Source: the human T2T-CHM13v2.0 reference genome, Homo sapiens. From it: 64,000 nt of DNA. The DNA is taken from assembly GCF_009914755.1 (NCBI RefSeq), contig NC_060946.1. One strand, given 5' to 3'. Under the pieces are notes generated by a model. The model had not been told where the DNA came from and ran no database searches. It worked only from the letters and a program-made list of their open reading frames with translations. This document shows positions 37,717 to 52,200 of the stretch, one piece after another. The translations under genes were made by a program, and so were the position numbers. Position 1 is the first letter of the stretch, and each line of letters starts with the position of its first letter.

Positions 37717-40700
37717 CCATGAGTCTCCCTCCCCAGGCAACTCTCAGGAATGTTGGGTGCATTTCCTTTCCATCTTCTGCCTACTTTCTTTACACACAAA
37801 CAGACACACACTCACAGAAATGTATGCAAATGTGGTTCTGCTTTTTTTTGCTTCTCGTGTACTCATAAACTCTTTGATTGCATGACTTCTAATGCCTACA
37901 CAGGATTCTCGGGGCGGGGGGAGGGTGGGCACAGCTTTTACACTAACTCCTTAATATTTGGCTTTATCCAAACAGACATTCTAATTATAATTTTTCATGA
38001 TTAGAAGTATCAGGAATGGTTGGCTTTAAGTCTACCAGGTCTAGCTATGGGGATATTCATGTCCTAGGTTGCTGGGGTGAGTTTGCAGTAGGTATGTGCC
38101 CGCAGCTTATGGGTGTCCCCAGCAGCCCACTGAGTCTCCCATCAGCAGGTAGCCACACACTCCTCTTCCTCTGGCCTATAGAACACTACTCCAAGGGCTC
38201 CCAGCCAATTCCCCTTCACACAGGGCAAGAGGTCCTGGGTGGCTCCAAAGGCTGCAGAAGGTCTTCCCTGGCCAAGCCCTCCACCACTCCTGTTTCCTCC
38301 ATTTGTCATGGAACCCGTGAGCACCATCTGTGCCCCCGTGCCAATGCCTGAGGTATGGCTAGGTGAAGGGCTGAACACAGCTGAGGTCCATAGCCACCTT
38401 CCTGGCAGCCCTGTGGAGCCCTACTGGTCTTGCAGATAGGCTGGCACTGCTCCAGGATCCCCACCAGACAGTTTGCACACCTGGAGTCACCATGTAGGAG
38501 TTGTAGAGCCTGACCTCTCTGAGCCCCACCATCTGTCCCTTGTGGATTCGTGAGGCAGGAGGTAGTTAAGTGGTGAGTGGATCATCATCATTGGTTGTGG
38601 CAGGGAGACAGCCCCTGGGGGCAGAGACCCTGGGTGACACAGGCAGAGCACATCCTCCAGGCCACCATACAATAGTGACAGATGGCACCTGGGATCAGGT
38701 CTGCCTTACGGCTTTGCACATCTTGGGACAGCAGGTGTCCCCAGAGGGTAGTAGTTGTTTTCCCATCTCCAGCTGTCAACAGGCTTTGCCAAGCCCCCAC
38801 TACATGCAGGGCCCATGGAAGGCTACAGGTAGGGATGCAAGCCACCTCACCCCAAGCTTTTGCTTCCTGTGTGAAGAGAAAGGGAGCGTGGGGAGTTCCA
38901 GGAGCTATGACAGTCAGCCCAATGTGTGCTGTAGTGAAACGATTGCTGGCAGAGTAGTGCGAGTTAGTGGGCGGGGGCTGGCATTGAAATTTAGCCTCAA
39001 GGGCATGGACTGTTGCTTAGCTGGCCCCAGGGAGCATAGTGCTGGCACCCTGGCCTTGGGAAGGACCCAAGCAGCCCCACTCACGCCCCATGGCTGTTGC
39101 CCTCCTCCCTCAACCTGACATACGCTTCCTTCCCATTTTATGAAAGGTCAGACTGCTCAGCTTCTTTTCATTCTTCCTGTGGGCAACTATTGCACCCTTT
39201 TCTGTGAGCTTCAAACTAGACTTGTCCTGGAGGAGCCATCAGTGAAGTCAGACTGTGTCCCTGCCCTTATAGGGCTGATAGAGAAGTAGGGGCAGACAGC
39301 AGACCCATCTGCGAGTCAGTGGAAAGGCTATTTAAGGTGGCCATGGGGCTGTGGGAATAGTATTCCAGGGGAGCATCAGGGGGAAAGGTGAGGTGGCACC
39401 AGGTAGAGAGACCTCCAGGGACCAAGGTGGGAACAAGTGTGGCTGGAGGGCTGTTCACAAAGAGGGGTTGGAGGGTATGGGGGAGATGAGCCAGCGGGTA
39501 GGCAGGTAGACTGAGGCATGGAGCTGACTCTTGCCCTGAGGCAGGTGCAGCCCAAAGGCCTTTAAGCAGAGGAGTTAGATGTCCCCTCTGCCTTCTGCTG
39601 TGAAGCAGGGATGGTCCAGATAGTAGGCAAGGGAGGACATAAGGTGCCTGTATGCTTCTACGATTCTTTGCCCTACTTCTCTTCAGGACCTTACAGCCCT
39701 CCATCTGCCCTCTGTCACAGGAGGGTCTATGTGCACAAGCCTCAGGGCCAATGCAGCCAAGGAAAATGTGCCGTTATCTGGCAAGTGGCTCCATGGGCCT
39801 CCTCCCATTCTCAGAGGTGCCTATGAGCCAGCAGTGTGACAGGTTGCATGAGGCCTGAGAGAGGGCTGGCCATGATGGCTGGCTCAGTGTTCAGCACACA
39901 GCACATGCCCAGGCGGATTTGTAAAGTAACTTGCCCACCTATAGTGGATAGGTCAGGGGGCAGGGGAAGAGCCCAGGCCTCAGAGTCCTTGCAGCCTGGA
40001 CCAGAGTCCAGGGATGGTTCTGCCACTTCCTGGCTCTGGGACCTTGGGCAAGCTCTTGAATTTCTCTGAGCCTCTATTTCCTCATTGGTAATTCTGTGAG
40101 GTGAGGGGTTATGGCACTGTGCTCAACCCAGGAGGCATCATGTTGCCTTACCTCACTACACCACGAAGCTACAGGGCAGGTTCTATGCTGCAGGTGCACC
40201 GTGCAAGTCAGATCCCCTTCCCCCTTGCAGAGGTTCAGCAAGGGCCCAATACAGTCTCTGCCCCCTCCCCTACCCCACCAGCCTGGCACCCATGATTCCC
40301 CAGACAGGTCTCAGCCCTCCCTGTCAGCACCTATCTGGGGCCTCAGGCATGAATCAGCTAAGGGCCCCCATAAGCTGTCTGGACACTTTGTGCCTTAGCA
40401 TTGATCAGCTCTCTTTCTCTGGTGGGCCTGGGAGACAGCTGGAGAAACACACTCTCCACCAGTACACAGTAGCCAGGTCTGCAGGAAGCTAATTTATAAT
40501 CCAGGTTGGGTTTGACAGGCTAGTGCTTTCTGCACCCTTTGCCCCAGAAACCTCTCCCACTGCCTTCTCCCTTTCTGCTCCAATCTGGGGGACAAACTGG
40601 CTTGGTGCAGGTGGAGTGGTGGAAAACAAACCAGAGAGGAATGTCCATTCCCGTCCCATGGCCACAGGGCCTGCAACAAGGCAGCTGGGCAGGGAAGCAG

Positions 40701-41396
40701 AGTCTATGTGACTCCATCCTGGCCTCTGTGCTTTCTCTTGTGTCCCCAGCCAGAAGGAAGTCTTTGTCGAGGCTTTACTTTCTTGGTATTCTTAGGAAAA
40801 TGATGGCTACTGGAGATGCTTCTTCAAGTCAGGGTCTCACATCTCCTCCTGCTGGCCTCAAGTGCTGCCACTTAAAGAGGTCTTCCGGACACTTTTCCAA
40901 GTTCCGGAGGAGCCCCAGAAGCAGCTCTGGGGTCATGACTCTTGGGTAACTTTTCTCAGGCCAGGCCTGTGCCCTGGGTCATGAAGTCACAGCTGGAGGA
41001 GTGGTCTGCCACAGCATTGAGGCCAGGGCCATAGAGGAGAGCAAGGGTATACACAGGCTCAGTCCCCTAGGCAGCCTGCCTCTGCTCTGGGCCCTGCAGC
41101 CCATGGTCTTAGCACTTACTCCCTGCCTCATAGCACCCTGGCTCCCCACTGGCCTTATGGGCAGCCACATCTGATCCCCTCCACCTCCTTGGCTAGGCCC
41201 TGACTGCCCCAGGTGTCTGGGCACTTGCTTCAGTGAGTCCCTTATCCCCATAACAGCTTTGTGCAAACCACAGCCCAGGTATCACCTTCTCCCAGAGCCT
41301 CCCTGACCTTCTCAGACTGGGTAAAAGGGAGGTCCCCTTTGCAGCCTACCTCCATGGTCAGATGTGCTCAACTGTGGTATTAGAAGTGCAGGTGAT

Positions 41397-41694
41397 GGAC
41401 CAGGCACGGTGGCTCGCGCCTGTAATTCCAACACTTTGGGAGGCCAAGGCGGGCAGATCACTTGACGTCAGGAGTTCGAGACCAGCCTGGGCAACGTGGT
41501 GAAACCCCATCTCTACTAAAAATACAAAAATTAGCCAGGCATGGTGGCAGGCACCTGTAGTCCCAGCTACTCAGGAGGCTGAAGCAGGAGAATCACTTGA
41601 ATCACTTGGAGGTTTCAGTGAGCTGAGAGCACACCACTATACTCCACCCTGGGTTACGGAGTGACACTCTGTCTCCAAAAAAAAAAAAAAAAAA
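41397..41694 (+). mobile_element. AluS element
   Basis: Alu consensus with A tail. Confidence 0.94.
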
Positions 41695-42091
41695 TACAGT
41701 GTCCTACATCACCTTCTTGAGTCCACCTATGGCTGATTAGACCAGGATGGACACCTGCCTGGGCTGAGCCTCTCAGATCTCCTTTGGGAAATACTTTGAA
41801 CCAAGTGTCGCAGTGGGTCATGGCTGAGCACTGATGCAGGTTGTGAGCCCCTTTCTTGGGCTTCCTGAGACCTGAGTCTTCCTCTTGGAGCCCTGCTCTA
41901 CTCACTAATCTTTGAGCTAATCTTTGGTTTTATTCCTTTTAATGAAGCATACCTGAAGCCCCACCCCTTTCTCCCCACCCTGTACTCAGTTTCTCTGCAG
42001 CTGACCCTCCCTCCTTGGACCTGCTGTGGAGCAGGGGCATGTGGCCTGGGATAGGGTGGGGTGGAGTGCAGAGGTGGGAAGCATTATGTGA

Positions 42092-42500
<409 letters not shown>

Positions 42501-43915
42501 TGCTGGGGACACTTGAAAGTAAACTACAGGTTGTTCCTCCTAGGGTGCTAGAGCTCAGAAGTTGAAGGTCAGGACTGGGTATTTTACTGTTTTCTGTGAG
42601 TTTGAGCAAAGTGGCCTCTGTTCTCAGTTGGGAGCCTGCCTCCAGGGTCTGAGGACCCTTTTGCTGCCCAGGTTGTTCCCTCCTCTGCCTGTCTCTCCTT
42701 CCCCTCAGGGTGGGGCAGGCAGGGGGTCCCTCAGCAGACGGGAAGCTCACAGTGAATGGAGCCTCCTACATACAGCCACAGGGCCCTCCCTGCCCAGTGT
42801 TCAGGAGCAGCCCTCAGTCCCTACAGCATCCCGGTGGGGGCAGAAGGGTAGCCCTCATAGGAGCAAAGGCTTAGAGGCAGGCTAGCATGGGCCCCACAGC
42901 CAGCGAGTCAGGGAGCTGGAGTTGCACTTTTGCCTCATGATGATTAGGGGAATGGTTCAGTATGCTCAGCCTGGCCAGCAGTGGGCAGAATGGGACCAGG
43001 TGGGACAAGCTTGCAGGCCAAGAAGTGAGAGGGCTTTCGGAGCAGCTGGAGTGCAAGGTGATGAAGGCCTGCGCCCAGCGCTGGGAAAGGCGAGCAAGGG
43101 ACCTGAGCGGGAGGGGAGGACAGATTGGCTGGGACAGTGGGTGCCGTGGAAAGGGTAGAGGGTCTGGCATTGTGCAGTCCCAGGTGCCAAGCCCAGCTCT
43201 GCCCATTGCCAGCCCTTTTCCTTTAGGACAGCATGGTCCTGAGGTGGAGTGAGATGGCCAGTGCAAGGTGCTTGGCTGCTGTGGTGAAGACCAGAGAGGG
43301 AGGAGTGGCTGGCCAGGCAGCTGGTGGGAAGGCCTGCTCTATGGGCCAGTGAGAAGGCCCCAGAGAAGGCAGAGGCAGCCAGGCCCACACTCACCCTCTT
43401 ACCCTACACCATTCTCCCCTGGGCCTGGATTCCACCAAGAGGCTCTTTGCCCAGAGATCACTGACCTAAGCACTGTGGCCAGAGTCCAGCCCTCCGAGCC
43501 TAAAGCAGCTGTACCACTGGCCGTGAATAAGGAACGCTACTGATTCCTGACAAATAAGTCAGGGCTGCTATTTGGGCTTGTGGGGGCCCCCTGACAGAAG
43601 GCGGGTACTGGGTACATGTGGCAGGTTTGTAGGGTTGGTCAGGCCAGGGGTCTGTCAGTCTCCACCTTGAGGAGTCAAAGACTACACTCCTAAACCAGTG
43701 GTGCTGGGCCAGAGATCAGTTCTGAAAATGCATCCCACAGCCTGATGATCAAAGCCCATGGCCAGAGCAGCCTGGAGCTGTGGAATCGATGTCTGCAGGA
43801 ACTGCTGCTCATCGTGGTTTGCCATGCAGCCAGGAAGGAGGGGACCGCCTGCCTTCCCTGTGGGCGCCCTGAGCAGCCCACACACTCACTTTCAACCTAC
43901 TTCTTGTTTCCCCAG

Positions 43916-44029
43916 AACCTCCAGTGGGCCCGCGACGTGTTGCTAGGCAGCAGTATCCCGTGGCAACAACTGCAGCACATGCCGGCACAGGGGCTCTTCT
44001 GCGAGAGGAACAAGACCAATTTCTTCAAC
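43916..44029 (+). CDS. CABIN1: CABIN1 internal coding exon (114 nt, phase 0-0): [38 protein letters not shown]
   Basis: Acceptor ttcttgtttccccAG (43914-15), donor AAC|GTGAGT (44030). Lies at the end of ORF 43745..44050. Confidence 0.95.
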
Positions 44030-44396
44030 GTGAGTACTTTGCCTTGTTGATTTCCAAGGCTGTTTGTTGCCACTGCTTTTCACTGAAGGCGCATGAATTG
44101 ACCCCCTAGGTGGGTGTTCCCAGGGCCTCAAGTTTGCGGCATCCTCAGAGGGCAGGCAGGGTGGTACAGTCGAGAGTGAGCCAGACTCCGGTGTGGGGCT
44201 GTGATTGCTGAGCGACTTCTGGCAAGTCACTGCCCCCTCCTGTGGGGAGATGCATGGATGAGCTTGGTATGTTCTCCAAAGCCCCAGGTATTCTGGGGCC
44301 ACACAGGCAGTGATGACAGGGGTACAGGCCCAGGTTTCCTCCTCCTGCTGGAGCAGCTCCTGTGGTCTCAAGCACGTAGGAGATTCTGACTGCTTA

Positions 44397-45065
<669 letters not shown>

Positions 45066-45961
45066 TCAGGTGGAGACTTACTCCTTGAGCAGGGCAGGGC
45101 CAATCACCTAGGCCTGCCTGCCTCTCATCCCAAAGGCCTACATATGCTCCTCTTGATACCCCACCTGGATCTACCCTCCCCCATTTCCTCTGTCCTGCAT
45201 GGAGACAGCTGGCCCCTCACTCCCCTCTACCTCCAAGTCCTTACCTATCCACCGCCCCTCCCAGCATGGCCAGCTCCCAGCTGGATGACTTTGGCAGGTC
45301 ATACACCCCCTCTGAGCTTTGGTTTCTTCTGTATTTTCCTTGATTCCCTCTTACTCATGGAGAAACTGAAGGGCAGAGGTGGCCTGAACAGGAGCTGAGG
45401 AGAGCAGGTTTCAGGTCTGGAGGGGTGTAACAGGCCAATTCTCAGGGTACGTGGGCAGGCAGGTCCCCGCTGAGAGCCAGCCAGCTGGTGGGAGTGTCTG
45501 GATCCATGGCTCCTCCTCTCCCAGGGTGTGGTCTTCTGGGGTCAGAGTAGGAGCTTGAGATCCTGAAAGCCCTGCATCTGCCCACCCTCTCTGTTTTGGT
45601 ATTTTATAGACAAGTAGGGGTGTTATTGGTAATCAATCTACATGATACCAAGGGATTTGCTGCAAAAGAGAGGTGCTCTCTTATCTGCATGCCCAGGCCA
45701 CAGCCACCTCCCCACAGCAGAAACTGTTTCTTGTCTCATGTGTGTCCTTCTAGAGGGCATCTGCCCATTTACAAGCTAGTGCACATAGATGCGCATAAAA
45801 GGCAAAAGTGCACACACTTCTGCCCCTTGTATTTTTTCGCTAAACAATATCTCTAACAGTATCTCTTGGAGATACTGTTAGAACCCACCCATTCTTTTTG
45901 ATAGCTACTGCATAGTAGTCCCAACATAGGGATGTCCCACAGTTTACCTAGCCATCCCTCC

Positions 45962-46291
<330 letters not shown>

Positions 46292-46338
46292 TGATGGACA
46301 CTTAGATTAGTTTGTCTTTTTTACTACAAACAATACAT

Positions 46339-46347
46339 CACACACAC

Positions 46348-46380
<33 letters not shown>
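46339..46380. repeat. (CA)n microsatellite with one interruption
   Basis: Read directly. Confidence 0.96.
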
Positions 46381-46385
<5 letters not shown>

Positions 46386-47784
46386 GCTCAGTGCTTCACC
46401 TATGAAGCACTGCCTTGACTGTGACATTACGTTAATTTTAACTTCTATGCAAATTTCTTGTCCTTCATGTTCATTTTCTAGTGGATTATTGGTCCTTTTC
46501 CTATTGATTAATAAGAACTCTTTATATATCAATGAAGTGAGCCCTTTGTCAGTGTTTTGAAAATCTGTTTTTCTGCAGTTGATAGGCGAGTTGGAGCTAG
46601 ACAAGTTGCTTAATTTCCCTGTCCTGGGTTCCTCACCTTGAAAGTGGGCTTCTATTACCTGGCTTGAAGAGTAACTGTAGGAATCAAGTTAGATACCGGG
46701 GTAATATTTCTAACACAGGATCTGGCACATGGCAGGTACTTAAGAAAATAGTTTCCCTCCCTCCCTCTCTTCCTCTCTCCTTTTGGTGCTTTGCCCTTAA
46801 AGCCTGTGCAGTGATATTGGAAGGAAGGAGCCAACCTCCATGTCTTCCTCACAGGGGAAGACCTCAGCCTTTCTAATGATAAAGCTGGGGAAGCCGGCCC
46901 CTCAGATGCCTGCCCCGCAGAGCACATCCAAGTTGGCAGCCACATGCTCCAGGCCCCTTTCCCACTGGGCTCACTCCCTGCACCTCCTCCTTAGTTTCTG
47001 GGACCTTCCAAAATGAGTCTTGCAGAAAAGCAGTCTGAGGTTGTGTGCCTGTGGGAGGGAAGGCTGGTACAGCCTCATGTAGGCCTGGCACATAGGCAAT
47101 GCCATCCCTGCACCTGGAAGCCCCTGAAGATCAGGGCCACCCCAGCCCAGACTGGGTGTTTTGGTGGTTTTGCCACTTCCAGGACAGTTGTTTGTTCCTC
47201 CATGCTTCCCAGTGACCTGCTGCTTTTACCATCGTTTGGGGCCTCTGTCCTCCTCTGCTTTCTTACCTCTTCTCTTTAGAGATAGGTTTGGGCTACTTGT
47301 GCTCCTTGAGCTATGCCTAGTGTCCAGTATGTCAAGAAATGCTGGGCAGTTCCTGAATGCTTTCAGCAAATGAGTCTATCTGGCATATTCCCAAGTCTGG
47401 GGAAACTGCATACTAACGTGTTTATGAAGGAGCATTTAGGGCAGCCCTTGGCTGACTCTGCTGGGATGGGGCCATGTCTCTGGTAGATAGCCTTTAGGCT
47501 GGGATGAGCAGACTGGCTCACCTCTCTTCTAGCCTGCACTGGGGTTTACTGCTTAGTCTAGTGGGAAGCAAAGGCAGTAGGTGGGTGCTGGCCCTTGAGA
47601 GGAGATAAAGGGAGGTTGAGACTGGGGACATCAGCACCCTAATCCCTATCCCTCTCAACCCACTGTCCTGGGCCATCCACACTGCCCAGCCTTTGTGTTG
47701 CTCAGCCTGTCATCCTTAGAGCTTGGGTGGGGGGCACGTGCCTTCTGTTATTTTTTAATGATAATTTTTGAAAATTGTGAGAGT

Positions 47785-49268
<1,484 letters not shown>

Positions 49269-52200
49269 TCAGGTCATTTTGCTCTCTGCAGCTGCTGCCC
49301 AGTCTCCTTGGGTGGACACATGTATGGGCCCAGTGTCTGCTCTCACAGTCTCCTGGTTTGTGCGTCTTTGTGCTGTTGCTGTGTTCCTAAGTCCCCTGGC
49401 CTGGCCCAGAGGAGATGCCCACATGAATATTTGTGGATTAATTTCATTCATCCCTTTCCCCTCAGCAGTTGGTCTCCAAGCTCATTCTCCTGGATCAGCC
49501 AGTGCTGGATGTTGTAGGAGTCAGGCAAAGCCTTGGCCCTGGCCACAGGATGCTCAAGGCTGACAGTAGAGCACTGCCTGCATGTCTCCATGCGGGGCCT
49601 TCATAACGTGCTACAGGGCATGTAGGAGGGACAGGGAGCTGGGCTCTCCCATGCAGGGTGGGGTGCTGCTCAGCCAGAAAGGGGGCAGGAGAGGAAGGCT
49701 AGGATTAGAGGCACCCTCGGGGGAACTCCTTAGGCTGGGCTGCTGACAGAACCTTCCTGGGGAGTTTAAGGGACCAGAGAATGGGATGGGTGCTAAGGAT
49801 CGAGTGAGTGGGACCTTGGGTTCCTATGTCAGCTTTGCTGACAGGAACTCCTTGCAAATGGGAACTGCCCCATGACTGGCTGGCCCCCACAGCAGCACAG
49901 ATGGACGTGTAGCAGGGCTCAGCACTGTGGTTGAACATGAGGAGGAGTGAAGATGGCATGTCTTGGGTCCCACTGTTCCACACACCGTCCTCCCTGAGCA
50001 GAGGGGACCAGGAAAGCAGGCACCAAGCTAGGTGGTAGGTGCTGCTGGGGTGGCTACCCACACCATGGAGGCTGAGGGTTTGTGTCTGGGTGCCCAGAAG
50101 CTTCTGGGGCTCCCCCCGCAGGCATACACACCTCTGGCAGGCAAGCCTGCATGGGCCAGAGCCAGGCTGCTTTGTCCAGGGTGAACTTCTCTCCCTGTCT
50201 TGTAGTTGATTCAGAAACGTTCCCATAGTAACCAAACCAGACAGAGATGGTTCTCCTTCCTTCCCCAAAATGTTTGCTTATTTTAGCAGGCAGGGTTTTT
50301 TCTTGTTTCAACCCAGTTTCCAGCCTCTGAAAGAAGCAAAGGGAGCTCAGGGCCAGGCTGGTACTGCCTCCTGCTTCTGAGGCCGTGTGGGGCAGGCAGC
50401 AATGGTGGCCTGAGTGTGAGTGGAAGGGAGGTGCCGGCCTACTGTGGCCTCCCTGAGTGTGGTGTCTCCCCTAAAGCTGCTCCTGCCGCTGCTCAGGTGG
50501 GCAGCCCCCAGGTCCCAAGATCACTGAGAAGAGCACAGATTTTGGGCACAGGCAGGCACAGCTCCCAGCCACTCTACCCCTTACTCAGCTTGGGCTACCC
50601 GTAAGCAGAGTGGTCCCGACAGGTGGATGAAAGCTATCATCACACACTTGGCATGCCACACAAATCACCCTTAGGTCTGGAGATGGGCCTGCATGGAGGC
50701 CTTGGGGCTTATCTGTGGATCCTAGAGGCCAGTGCTAGGATGTGACTGAAGCACGGAGCAGGAGGAGCTCCAACTCACACCTGGCTGGGGCCTCCATAAG
50801 CTCAAGGCCCTGCCCTGGCTTGAATGGAGCAGCCTGAGATGTGGATGGTGGCCTTAGCCGTCACACCCACCACACAGGTCTCTTTCTGTGAGGCCTGGCC
50901 CAGTCTTTGGTGCCTGTGGATGGTGGTCAAACTTCCTGTTCTTGGTCACTGCTGCATAGCACTCCACTGTCTGGTTGTCCTGGTGGTCTACCTCCCCTCT
51001 TCCTAGCGGATAGGTGGCTTTTGGTTTTCCACTATTAGAAAAAGAATGCTGCTATCTCTGATCTCCTTTCTCACCTGTGCCGGGGTCTCCAGGACAAATG
51101 CCTGGAAGTTGGAGGCCAGGACACAGGTCCCCACAGCCAAGCGCTTCCACACCTTGCCAGGTGTTTTGGCAGAGCCAGGCCAGATGCCCTCCCACCAGCC
51201 CTTGCCCCACCCCCTCCCAGGACTCAGAACCACAGATGACTTTCATTTTGGCCTATCTGTGGAGTGTGCCAAAAAACCCCAGGTGGTTTCAGTGTGTGTC
51301 TCCCATGTGAGTGGGGAGGCTGAGCCTCTTCCCACACCGGTAGCCAGTCCCCTTTGTCTACCCAGGGTCTGCCATGTTCTCTCCTACTTGGCGGCTGCCA
51401 CAGGTGGTTCTGTTTGTCCTGACTGTGTTGCTTAAACTGATGGGAGGTACAGTCATCATGAGCTGTCTTTGTTTCTTGAAAACATTTATGCCCTGTGCTG
51501 TCCCAGCCCTGGAGCCTGAGTGCTCACTGAAGGCCTTGATGTGGTCTGGTAGGGAGGAAGGGCCTCCCCACCCAATTTCTGGTACCCCATACCTGCCAGA
51601 GTTGGGGGGAAGGAGAGAAAGTCTCCAAAGCCCAGGGTACTGTCCTTCTCAGCAAGAATCAGTCATGCCCATTGTACTTTAATTCGCCACCAGTTGGTTG
51701 TGTAACCTTGGAGGAACCCCCTCCCTGCACCCAGTGAGCAGATGTGAGGTATATGTTAGGGGTGGGTACAGTGGACCCACCTTCCAGAGCAGGTCTCAGC
51801 CAGTGCCTCTCTCCTCAGAGAGAGCCAGTAGTCCAGAAGGAGGCTGTTGGAGCCCAGCAGACCTGGACACCCCAAGGCAGGGACCTCATCTAGGACAGCA
51901 TTGCCATTGCCCTCCCAAAACCTCTCCTAGCTCAGCAGGCAGGGAGTGCCTAGTGACTGAATTCCTCTCATCCTCAAGAATTCCCTAGGACGAATGACTG
52001 GGAATTAGCAGCCCCAGAGCAAGGGGAACAGGTATATCCTGACTCAGTCACCCAGGAACCCAGCTGTGGCCAGGCCCCAAGGTCTGTGCCTGAGACATCT
52101 GTCTCCTGTTGCAGGGCCAGACCTGACATCACCTCCCTGACCAGCCCCAGCCTGACTTGCCCCTTCTCTCTCTCCATCCCTCTGGCTTGTAAGAGAGGTA

